Source of the DNA: Candidatus Micrarchaeia archaeon
Lineage (GTDB): Archaea > Micrarchaeota > Micrarchaeia > Micrarchaeales > CABMGC01
Length of the DNA stretch: 14,468 nucleotides
Direction of reading: 5' to 3'
NCBI GenBank assembly: GCA_049966395.1
Contig: JBMFUT010000017.1
Location: forward strand, 1-14,468
The position numbers were made by a program, and so were the translations under genes. Position 1 is the first letter of the stretch; each line of letters begins with the position of its first letter. A model generated the notes under the pieces. That model saw only the letters and a list, made by a program, of their open reading frames with translations, ran no database searches and had not been told where the DNA came from. Below, piece by piece: positions 1 to 8,327 of the stretch.

Positions 1-176
1 GCGCCGTTGTTGTTGGAGAACTCAAAGTTTGCAATGCTGCCATTGTACGCGGTATAGTTCTGATAATTTGATTTCGAGAACCGGGCCATCTGCTGAAACA
101 GTGCTGGCGTTGCGGATGATTGCGAATTAGCCAGCGAAATGGGCACGGGCTCATACGAAAGTGCAGCGCCCGAAGC
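1..176 (-). CDS. 5' portion of a DUF2341-like/surface-protein-domain gene running off the left edge; start uncertain (GTG at 146 or ATG at 89); possibly a 5'-truncated remnant
   Basis: Manual translation of the - strand after an in-frame TAA (179-177) gives ASGAALSYEPVPISLANSQSSATPALFQQMARFSKSNYQNYTAYNGSIANFEFSNNNG..., open to the edge. This resembles the 'YVPITITNxQxxATPxPFQQMI...NxEF...NG' motif I recall from secreted proteins of acidophilic archaea. It is not in the ORF track. Confidence 0.55.
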
Positions 177-265
177 TTAGCAATAGCCTTAAATACTGTA
201 CTGCAAAATATATTTCATGCCATAGCCTTCTTTGCTATGCATTTAATGTTTGTCGTGTGTTTTTC

Positions 266-3200
266 ATGTCTTTGTTGCTTGTGGTAATAGAGGCGTTCCT
301 AGCCATCATGATACCAGGAGTGCTGCTCTCTTTCGCCCTACTTAAGAAAACAAGCCTTCCAACTTTCGAGATAGTCGTAATAGGATTCATATTCGGCCTT
401 ATATTTCCCCCGGCAGCGGTGTGGCTCGAATCCTATTTGATACCGTACATCCATGCATTCTCTTTTTCGGCAGCGCTCTACAATGCGAACGTCATTATGC
501 TTACTATAATAGGGTTTGCGCTGTGCCTGCAGCAGCGCGTCTTCACGCTTAACGACATATCAAATTACATCTTCGGAGCGAAGCCTCATCGGGAAGAGGC
601 GAGGATAGAAGAATTCGGCGAAAGGATAGCAAAGCTGCGCAAGGAGATAAGGTCTTACAACATTGATCTGCATATTGTTAATGAGCATGAGCGCGAGGAG
701 AAGGAGCTCGCCGCCAGGCACAGCGAAGAGATGTCGATGCTAAAGTCAGTCTCCCCGGAGGAGCGGGCGCGCATATCTGCAATGCACGCCGAGGAAGAGC
801 GCAAGCTCATCGAAGAGCACGAGAAAGAGGAAAAATCACTTCTGGAAAGCACAGCCAAGCAGAAGAAAAGCGGCAACAGCACAATGTGGACAATTCTCTT
901 GCTGCTGATGCTTTTCTCTTTCGGCACAAGAATGCTTAGCATAGGCATAGCCCCCAGGTTCTTCGAGTTTGATCCTTATTTCGACATGATAAGCACCGAA
1001 TACATACTCACTTACGGCTACCAGCTGCTGTACGACCATTCAGCATGGCCGACTGTTGCAACTGGCACAGTGCACAGGATACAGCCAATAGTGCCGTATC
1101 TTGAAGCTTATTGGTACGATCTTGCCAGCGCAGGTCCTCACAGCGCGCTGAGTACCACGCTTCTGAGCGACGTGAGCAGCTTCTATCCTCCAATAACAGC
1201 AGCGCTTCTGGTCTTTGTAGTTTTCATGTTCATATACCACGAGTACGGCAGGTTCCCCGCCCTTGTTGGTGCCGCGCTTGCGACAGCAATGCCTGTGCTA
1301 ATAACAACTTTCATAGCAGGGGAGCAGCTGCTGGAGCCTTGGGGCATTTTCTCGATGTTCTTCTTCTACGCTGCATACCTGCTCGCCGTTAACAATCCAA
1401 AAGACAACAGGTTCGCAATACTTGCGGGTATAGCATTTGCCTCGACATTTCTAGGCGCCCACTACTACACCGTCAATGCCGGAGTGTTTGCAATATACAT
1501 AATATTCCAAGGCATAATACACGTGTTCAGGAGGGAAGAGACAAGGGACTTCTACAAGATGAACGCAATAGTGATAGCAGTATCTGCAGTGTTCTACGTA
1601 CTCTATGCGCCTTATGGTGCTACACTAACTGAGCGCATACCTAGCATGTTCCACATACCTATAATCATAGGTCTCCCTCTGTTCTCGCTGCTCTTCATAT
1701 TCATTTTCGAGAAGCTGCCGCATCTGCTCAAGAGCCGCAAGATGATAAAGGAGGTTAATTTCAGCACATACGCAGAATTCCTGATTCTGCTGTTAGTTAT
1801 AGTAGGCGTGCTGGCTGCCTTCACATCGTTTGGAGAGCCGCTGCGCGTTTACATATCGCTTAGCGAGCACTTTACCACGCCGTCGATACCGCTTTTCATG
1901 ACTGTGCAAGAGTACGCTCCAACCGGAGCCAACTTCAATTTCGGTGCTGCTGGGCTTGGCCCAATAGCCAACAGTGTTGGCGGAATCGCAATAATAGTCT
2001 GGGCCGTAATGATTGTGTTTTTCATTTTGATGATTGCTGCAATATTCTACAGGAATTCTAAGGTAAGCATACTTGCAATTGCAATGGCTATACCTCTTGC
2101 AGTGGCAGCGATGAGCGAGGTCAAGTACCTGCCGCACTTCGGCGTCGCCTACATAATAATGCTTGCATTCATAATAGGCGAACTTGCAATATACGTCAGG
2201 AATGGCTACTCTTTTGGCAAGAAGCGCGAGATGCAAGAAAGCAGCACAAAAAGGGCGCTGCAGGCCATATTAGTCTTCGGCATCCTTCTGGTAATACTTG
2301 AATGGCTGGTGTTTGTCAATGTATTTTCCGCAATAGGCCAGAACTGCAATACAATAGCGACAAACTTCAATTCAATAGGCTACGACATGTACTGCAACGT
2401 AGTTCCAAATGCGTGGCTAAACGCAATGGCATGGGTCAAGGCAAACGTCGGCCCTTATGCGCCTAGAGTACTTTCATGGTGGGACTATGGAGACTGGATA
2501 AACTGGTTTGGCAACAGCAACGCGGTGCTGCGAGGCGACAACGCAGTTGCGACATTAGACTACAAGACGGCCGCAATATACGTGCTCGGATCCGCAGACG
2601 GCTACAATGCTTCTGTGCTGGCGCACTATATGAACAGCATACAGACAAAATACGTGATATTCGACAACGAGCTGCAGCAGAAGTGGTCTGCATTAGACTT
2701 CCTTGGTTGCGTTGCTGTAAACGAGACAAGCAAGGCCGCGGCTGTAGCTGCAGGCAAGCAGTACGGCCAGCCTTACATGCTCGGGACCTCGCAGTGCGAG
2801 CTCTCCCACGATCCAGTATACGCGCTGCTGCCAGCTTCTATCAACAATGTCAACGCCTACTGCCAGTTCTCAAATTCTTCTTTCACAGCTGTAAAAGTCC
2901 TGCTGCTTGCGGGCAATACCTTCTTGAATGAAACCTACTGCGTGTCTTCGCAGATATACACATCGACAGCGCCAGAGCCACTATACACCGCTAATGGCAC
3001 AAAGATAAACGCAATTATAATACCTAATGGCCAGTTCTACTATGGCCAGCTAAGCGTGAGCGGCCAGAACTTCATAGACTTCATGGTACTCTACACGCCA
3101 AACGGTCCTAACGATTCAATAACCGACGCTCCGACGGAATTCTACCAATCTACATATTACAAAGGATTCTTCTTCGGCAAGCTACCTGATTTCACGCTCG

Positions 3201-3346
3201 TCTACCCGACAAACTTTACTGGAATGAACTACGTAAACACCACTGCCGCGGTAATGATATATGCTCTTGACAATTATACCGGAGGTCTGCCTCCAGTCAC
3301 TCCAAAGCCGCCTTGGGTTAACAACAATTACACAATGCCAGGCTGA
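266..3346 (+). CDS. aglB: Oligosaccharyltransferase AglB (STT3 family) with N-terminal TM plus charged coiled-coil extension
   Basis: WWDYG motif (VLSWWDYGDWI), EFDPYF (first catalytic Asp), TVQE (TIXE-like), RGDN and DNELQQKW (DK-like motif), many TM segments and an Asn/Thr-rich extracellular C-terminus. The start is moved from 161 to ATG 266 (MSLLLVV), which follows a TTTAAT box at 242-247. Confidence 0.93.
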   Translation: MSLLLVVIEAFLAIMIPGVLLSFALLKKTSLPTFEIVVIGFIFGLIFPPAAVWLESYLIPYIHAFSFSAALYNANVIMLTIIGFALCLQQRVFTLNDISNYIFGAKPHREEARIEEFGERIAKLRKEIRSYNIDLHIVNEHEREEKELAARHSEEMSMLKSVSPEERARISAMHAEEERKLIEEHEKEEKSLLESTAKQKKSGNSTMWTILLLLMLFSFGTRMLSIGIAPRFFEFDPYFDMISTEYILTYGYQLLYDHSAWPTVATGTVHRIQPIVPYLEAYWYDLASAGPHSALSTTLLSDVSSFYPPITAALLVFVVFMFIYHEYGRFPALVGAALATAMPVLITTFIAGEQLLEPWGIFSMFFFYAAYLLAVNNPKDNRFAILAGIAFASTFLGAHYYTVNAGVFAIYIIFQGIIHVFRREETRDFYKMNAIVIAVSAVFYVLYAPYGATLTERIPSMFHIPIIIGLPLFSLLFIFIFEKLPHLLKSRKMIKEVNFSTYAEFLILLLVIVGVLAAFTSFGEPLRVYISLSEHFTTPSIPLFMTVQEYAPTGANFNFGAAGLGPIANSVGGIAIIVWAVMIVFFILMIAAIFYRNSKVSILAIAMAIPLAVAAMSEVKYLPHFGVAYIIMLAFIIGELAIYVRNGYSFGKKREMQESSTKRALQAILVFGILLVILEWLVFVNVFSAIGQNCNTIATNFNSIGYDMYCNVVPNAWLNAMAWVKANVGPYAPRVLSWWDYGDWINWFGNSNAVLRGDNAVATLDYKTAAIYVLGSADGYNASVLAHYMNSIQTKYVIFDNELQQKWSALDFLGCVAVNETSKAAAVAAGKQYGQPYMLGTSQCELSHDPVYALLPASINNVNAYCQFSNSSFTAVKVLLLAGNTFLNETYCVSSQIYTSTAPEPLYTANGTKINAIIIPNGQFYYGQLSVSGQNFIDFMVLYTPNGPNDSITDAPTEFYQSTYYKGFFFGKLPDFTLVYPTNFTGMNYVNTTAAVMIYALDNYTGGLPPVTPKPPWVNNNYTMPG

Positions 3347-3350
3347 CTAG

Positions 3351-4490
3351 ATGAAAATGATCGTAGCGCAGCCCTATCTCAATCTGATGGGTGGCGCGGA
3401 AAAGGTGGTGCTGAACATAGCCCAGCACTACGATGCTAAGATATACACCCTAGAGTACAAACCGTCAACAACTTTCGAGGGCTTCAGAAATCTCGATGTC
3501 GAAATAATAGGGAAGAAGATCCCGCTGTCGGAGCACTTGCCTTACAGGGCTTCCCAAGGCCTTAACTACGGCTTCAACTTCTACAATCTCAAAGTGAAAG
3601 AAGACTACGATTTGATAAACGCGCACATATCCCCAAGCGAATGGATAAGGCACAAGAACGAGAGGGTGCTGTGGTACTGCCACACGCCGCCGCGAGAGGT
3701 TTACGACCTTTATGCAACAAGGATGAAAAACAGGTCTTACAAGCAGAAAGTGCTCTATGCAGTGCTTGCAAGCAGCTACAGGTTTGTGGCATCCAACATA
3801 GTGAAGCAGATAGAAGGGATAGCCACAAACAGCGAGAACACAAGAAGCAGAATAATGAAGAACTTCTCTCGTAACGCCGCAGTAATAAATCCCGGAGTAG
3901 ACTACAAAGAGTTTTACAACAAAGGGGCTGAGAAGTTTTTTCTCTATCCTTCAAGGATAATACCCAACAAGCGCCAGGATTTCGCAATAGACGCATTCGC
4001 AAAGTTTGTGAGAAAGAGCGGCCTCAAAAACTACAAGCTCATAATAGCGGGGGCGCTGTCAAAGGACAAGGAGCACCAGCAGTATTTCGAAAAGCTGAAG
4101 TCGAAGAATGTGCCTGGAGTAGCATTCAAGGTTAATGTGGGAGAAAAAGAACTACATAATCTGATGTCAAGGTGCACGGCTGTGCTTTTTGCTGCAATAA
4201 ACGAGGATTTCGGCTATGTGCCTGTAGAAGCGATGGCCAGCTCAAAGCCAGTAATTTCAATCGCAGAAGGCGGGCCTAGCGAAACTGTAGTGAATGGGAA
4301 GACAGGCTATCTTGTAAATTCTCCAGAAGAAATGGCGGACAAGATGCAGTACGTTGTTGAGCATCCAGACGTAGCCGAGCAGATGGGTGCAGAGGGGAGA
4401 AAAAGAGTAATTGAAAAATACTCCTGGGAATCCTTTTTCAGGAAGTTCGACAGGCTTGCAACAAAAGTGGCCAAAGGAGGCAGTTTCTAG
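3351..4490 (+). CDS. Glycosyltransferase family 4 (GT-B, RfaB-like)
   Basis: N-terminal GGAEKV, YCHTPPR, SRIIPNKRQ and EDFGYVPVEAMASSKPVI (E-x7-E signature), GGPSETVVNGKTGYLV. It starts 4 nt after the aglB stop, so probably the same operon. Confidence 0.93.
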   Translation: MKMIVAQPYLNLMGGAEKVVLNIAQHYDAKIYTLEYKPSTTFEGFRNLDVEIIGKKIPLSEHLPYRASQGLNYGFNFYNLKVKEDYDLINAHISPSEWIRHKNERVLWYCHTPPREVYDLYATRMKNRSYKQKVLYAVLASSYRFVASNIVKQIEGIATNSENTRSRIMKNFSRNAAVINPGVDYKEFYNKGAEKFFLYPSRIIPNKRQDFAIDAFAKFVRKSGLKNYKLIIAGALSKDKEHQQYFEKLKSKNVPGVAFKVNVGEKELHNLMSRCTAVLFAAINEDFGYVPVEAMASSKPVISIAEGGPSETVVNGKTGYLVNSPEEMADKMQYVVEHPDVAEQMGAEGRKRVIEKYSWESFFRKFDRLATKVAKGGSF

Positions 4491-4820
4491 CTAAGAACTT
4501 ATTATGAATTTTGATATTACCTTTGTTGCATACTCCAGCACTTTCTTTATCGCTGCCTGGGTGTTAGAACCAGTGCATATGAGCTTGCCATTCTTGAAAA
4601 GTATTATTACCGCCTTAGGGTCCTTTATCCTGAAAATAGCACCAGGGAACTGTTCAGGCTCGTAGTCTACCTCCTTTACGTTTTTTGAGAGGGTGAACAG
4701 GTCTATCGTCGCATGGAGGTCTGCGCTGACGACTATATTCTGTATCTTTATGGGAGGCTTCATGTTAAGCTCTCTCTTCTGACCTTGTTCTTGTGCAGCC
4801 ATGGGTACACCTTGCGCCAT
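4491..4820 (-). CDS. tbp: TATA-box-binding-protein family protein with only ONE TBP repeat (half-TBP); alternative starts at 4802 or 4763
   Basis: IKIQNIVVSADL...IDL...YEPEQFPGAIFRIKDPKAVIILFKNGKLICTG is one complete TBP repeat. The protein is 109 aa, whereas canonical archaeal TBP is about 180-190 aa with two repeats. Confidence 0.88.
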   Translation of the reverse strand: MAQGVPMAAQEQGQKRELNMKPPIKIQNIVVSADLHATIDLFTLSKNVKEVDYEPEQFPGAIFRIKDPKAVIILFKNGKLICTGSNTQAAIKKVLEYATKVISKFIISS

Positions 4821-4878
4821 TCCGGCATTGCCAAATTTGGCGCTGTGCCGTCAGGCATTAGAAATATGGCAACAAAGG

Positions 4879-4887
4879 TTTATATAT
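4879..4887 (-). promoter_or_regulatory. Putative TATA box for the half-TBP gene
   Basis: ATATATAAA on the - strand in the 102-nt gap between the malic enzyme stop and the TBP ORF. Confidence 0.55.
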
Positions 4888-4922
4888 GTTAGGAGAGCGC
4901 CTCGATAGCTGCTAAGGCAGTG

Positions 4923-6221
4923 CTATTGCTTTTGCAACTGCCTTGCCGCAAGCTTCTCCATCTTTGCCACTTTTTTTATCATCGCAGTGGCGTTCGAACG
5001 CATGGCCTTTTCGTCGAGTTCCTTCAGCCTGGAATTGCCGCTTCGCACGGCGCTCCTTGCAATGGCAACTGAAACCTTGGTGAGCACTTTCAATGTTTCC
5101 CTCATGCTATACGGCGTTGGCAATATGTGCTCAACTCCCAGTTCCGCGCCTGTCGCTTTTGCCAGTGCCTTTGCGCCTTCCAGAAGCATTTCGTAGTCGA
5201 CTTTTGTAGCCCTTGCATCAAGAAGCCCTCTCATTATGCTTGGAAATCCCAGGACGTTATTTACCTGATTGGGGAAGTCTGATCTTCCGGTGGCAACTAT
5301 GAAAGCGCCTGCCCTTTTCGCATCATCATATGAGATTTCTGGCACAGGATTCGCTAACGCAAAGACTATGGGCTTGTCGTTCATGCCTTTTATTACCTCT
5401 TCAGTGAACGCTCCTGCTTCCGATACCCCTATCAGGACGTCAGCCCCCTTTGCTGCATCCTTGAGCGAGCCGCTGATCTTTTCTTTGTTTGTGCTTCTGG
5501 CTATTTCCTGCTTGAATTCGTTCATGCCCTCTTGCCTTCCTTCGTAAATTATGCCAGTCCTGTCTACCAAATAAAGTCTTTTTGCTCCTGCCGCGAGCAG
5601 CATCTGCGCTATGCCCAAACCTGCAGCGCCCGCGCCGTTTATCACTATCTTAGAGTCCTCCAGCCTCTTCCCAGAAAGCTTGAGAGCATTCATGAGCCCC
5701 GCGGTGACAACCATAGCCGTGCCATGTCTGTCGTCATGCAGCACCGGTATCTCGAGCATTTTAGAAAGCCTGTCTACTATTCTGAAGCATTTTGGAGATT
5801 CAATATCCTCTATGTTGAATGCGCCGAAAACGGGCTCTATGGCCTTTGCAACTTTGACTATAGACTCTTCATCCTGGAAGCTCAGGCATATTGGGACAGC
5901 GTCAACGCCTCCATACTTCTTGAAGAGCAGGGCCTTGCCCTCCATAACAGGCAAAGCCGCCTCTGGTCCAACGTTTCCTAGGCCAAGCACCCTGCTTCCG
6001 TCTGTTATTATTGCTATGTTGTTAGACTTGCCGGTGTATGTAAAGACCTTAGACTTGTCGGTGCTTATTTCTTTCGAAGCAACCGCTACTCCAGGCGTGT
6101 AGTGTATAGAAAGATCTTCCCTGTTGCTGATCGAAACTTTAGGCGCAATCTCTATCTTGCCCTTTGTCGCGGCGAAAATTTCCAATACTTCATTGTCGCT
6201 CTTCATGAAATCACTCAGCAT
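4923..6221 (-). CDS. mae: NAD(P)-dependent malic enzyme (small prokaryotic type, no PTA domain); start may be ATG 6206
   Basis: YTPGVA, TDGSRVLGLGNVGPEAALPVMEGKALLFK, IEDI, HDDRHGTA, Rossmann GAGAAG, FALANPVPEI and ATGRSDFPNQVNNVLGFP. Confidence 0.95.
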   Translation of the reverse strand: MLSDFMKSDNEVLEIFAATKGKIEIAPKVSISNREDLSIHYTPGVAVASKEISTDKSKVFTYTGKSNNIAIITDGSRVLGLGNVGPEAALPVMEGKALLFKKYGGVDAVPICLSFQDEESIVKVAKAIEPVFGAFNIEDIESPKCFRIVDRLSKMLEIPVLHDDRHGTAMVVTAGLMNALKLSGKRLEDSKIVINGAGAAGLGIAQMLLAAGAKRLYLVDRTGIIYEGRQEGMNEFKQEIARSTNKEKISGSLKDAAKGADVLIGVSEAGAFTEEVIKGMNDKPIVFALANPVPEISYDDAKRAGAFIVATGRSDFPNQVNNVLGFPSIMRGLLDARATKVDYEMLLEGAKALAKATGAELGVEHILPTPYSMRETLKVLTKVSVAIARSAVRSGNSRLKELDEKAMRSNATAMIKKVAKMEKLAARQLQKQ

Positions 6222-6314
6222 AAGCGCTTACGCCTGCGCCAAAAGCGCAAGCAAACTATGTTTCAAACTTATCCTGCGCAAATTATTTTAATCTATTGCA
6301 GGAAAACAGTGACT

Positions 6315-6332
6315 TTTAATTCGCGAATTAAA
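6315..6332. promoter_or_regulatory. Perfect 18-bp palindrome in the divergent mae/thermosome intergenic region; candidate operator
   Basis: TTTAATTCGCGAATTAAA is its own reverse complement. The function is inferred only. Confidence 0.4.
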
Positions 6333-6581
6333 TGTGCACCAAGACCAAATTCCAGGTATGATATTGTTAAATAGGCATTCTTCGGGATTCGCAATACCTT
6401 CATGCCTCCTTTTGGCATTCGGGAGCGCAACTTTTACATTCTCGCACTCATGGCAACGTTAATAATAAAAATCTATCCTGTATATAATAATATCAAGTTA
6501 CGGGGATAGTAGGATTGCAAATTGTCACTTCGGTATTTCTGGCTAATTGCTTTCTATTGGTGTAATCAAAAAGGTGAGAAT

Positions 6582-8228
6582 ATGGCTGAAAATCAATTGG
6601 GAGGGCAACCTTACCTTGTGTTGCCTGAAGGAGCTACAAGACTTCTAGGTAGAGAAGCGCAAAGGACAAACATAGCAGTTGCATACGCAGTTGCAAGCGC
6701 AATAAAGACAACACTAGGCCCAAAAGGAATGGACAAAATGCTGGTAAGCGAGCTTGGCGACATAGTCATAACCAACGACGGCGCAACAATCCTCGAAGAA
6801 ATGAACGTGGAGCACCCTATTGCAAAGATAATGGTAGACATAGCAAAGACCCAGGACAAGGAAGTTGGCGACGGCACAACAACCGCAGTGATACTCGCAG
6901 GGGAACTGCTCAAATCAGCTAGCAATCTCATAGAGCAGGGCATACATCCCACAACAATAGTAAGAGGTTACAAGATGGCCGCCAGTAAGGCTAGTGAAAT
7001 ACTTCAGGCGTCCTCTTACAAAGTCACCATAGACGACGAGGACAAGCTTGAGAAGATAGCCCTCATATCTATGGGCTCCAAGAACATAGGCGACGACAAA
7101 ACAAAGAGACAGCTCGCAAAACTGGCGATAGCGGCAATAAAGCAAGTGAGCGTGGTGGCAGATGGCAAGCTGACAATAGACCACGATTTCATAAAACTGG
7201 AGAAGAAGGAAGGAGGCAGCATCGACGAGACAGAGTTTATAAACGGCGTGCTCGTAGACAAGGAAGTGGCGCACCCAGGAATGCCAAAGTCAATAAAGAA
7301 CGCGAAGATAGCGCTGCTTGACGTGGCGCTCGAAATAGAAAAGACGGAAACCGACGCCAGGATAGAAATAACCTCGCCAGAGCAGATGCAAGCGTTCCTT
7401 AGCCAGGAAGAAAAGATGTTAAAAGACATGGTGGACAAGATAGCCAAGAGCGGAGCAAACGCAATATTTGTACAGAAGGGAATAGACGACGTCGCGCAGC
7501 ACTACCTTGCAAAGGCGGGCATAATGGCTGTAAGGCGTGTAAAGAAGAGCGACATGGAGAAGCTCTCAAAGGCGACAGGCGCAAGGCTTGTCACAAGCCT
7601 GGATGATCTCGGCGCTGAAGACATAGGCTTCGCGGGACTTGTAGAAGAGCGCAAGGTTTCTGGCGAGCAGATGGTGTTCGTGGAGAAGTGCAAGGACCCT
7701 AAGAGCGTTACAATATTCATAAGGGGCAGCACGCAGCAGGTCGTAAACGAGGTAGAAAGGGCCTTGAATGACGTCATTGGCGCGCTCTCGAGCACTGTAG
7801 AAGAGCAGAAGTACGTGATCGGCGGTGGCAGCATAGAAGTTGATGTAGCCAATGCGCTGAGGAGCTACTCAAGCGACGTCGGCGGCCGCGAGCAGTTGGC
7901 AATACAAGCATTTGCAGACGCCATAGAGATAGTGCCAAAGACGCTGGCAGAAAGCGCCGGAATGGATCCTATAGACACCCTAGTGCAGCTCAGGAGCAAG
8001 CACAAGAGCAAGGACGGCAAGGCATACGGCGTTGACGTATACAGGAACCAGACCAGCGACATGGAGAAACTCGGCGTGATAGAGCCCCTGAAGGTCAAGG
8101 AGCAGGCGATAGCGAGCGCGAGCGAAGCCAGCGAAATAATATTGAGAATAGATGACATGATAAGCTCCAAGGGCAAGGCGCCATCGTCTTCAATGCCGCC
8201 GGGAGGCGCTCCTGGCGAGATGGAGTGA
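6582..8228 (+). CDS. ths: Thermosome (group II chaperonin) subunit
   Basis: [37 protein letters not shown] and a Gly/Pro/Met C-tail. The start is reassigned from 6522 to ATG 6582 ([10 protein letters not shown]), which follows the SD AGGTGA at 6572-6577. Confidence 0.97.
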   Translation: MAENQLGGQPYLVLPEGATRLLGREAQRTNIAVAYAVASAIKTTLGPKGMDKMLVSELGDIVITNDGATILEEMNVEHPIAKIMVDIAKTQDKEVGDGTTTAVILAGELLKSASNLIEQGIHPTTIVRGYKMAASKASEILQASSYKVTIDDEDKLEKIALISMGSKNIGDDKTKRQLAKLAIAAIKQVSVVADGKLTIDHDFIKLEKKEGGSIDETEFINGVLVDKEVAHPGMPKSIKNAKIALLDVALEIEKTETDARIEITSPEQMQAFLSQEEKMLKDMVDKIAKSGANAIFVQKGIDDVAQHYLAKAGIMAVRRVKKSDMEKLSKATGARLVTSLDDLGAEDIGFAGLVEERKVSGEQMVFVEKCKDPKSVTIFIRGSTQQVVNEVERALNDVIGALSSTVEEQKYVIGGGSIEVDVANALRSYSSDVGGREQLAIQAFADAIEIVPKTLAESAGMDPIDTLVQLRSKHKSKDGKAYGVDVYRNQTSDMEKLGVIEPLKVKEQAIASASEASEIILRIDDMISSKGKAPSSSMPPGGAPGEME

Positions 8229-8230
8229 TC

Positions 8231-8265
8231 CCTTCCTTTCTTTTATTTTTTATTCTTTTTGCTTT
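8231..8265 (+). terminator. Oligo-T archaeal terminator region after the thermosome gene
   Basis: CCTTCCTTTCTTTTATTTTTTATTCTTTTTGCTTT lies directly after the TGA. Confidence 0.55.
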
Positions 8266-8327
8266 GCATTAGGTTTTTTTATATTTGCTAGTGCTAAAAT
8301 ATACTGGCGCAAGCCGAAATTGATTAG

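Noticed and set aside
217..242. Small inverted repeat CATAGC-N7-GCTATG upstream of aglB
   Set aside because: The core is only 6 bp, which is expected by chance, and nothing else supports it.
161..265. ORF-track N-terminal extension of AglB from GTG 161
   Set aside because: The sequence is Cys-rich and not protein-like, spans the AT-rich divergent promoter region and overlaps the opposite-strand frame. ATG 266 fits better.
6293..6403. Short - strand ORF MKVLRIPKNAYLTISYLEFGLGAHLIRELKVTVFLQ preceded by AGGAGG
   Set aside because: The SD is only 1 nt from the ATG and there is no recognisable motif or clear promoter. It cannot be supported, although it is not excluded.
6522..6581. ORF-track N-terminal extension of the thermosome
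   Set aside because: A strong SD precedes ATG 6582, and the family N-terminus begins there.
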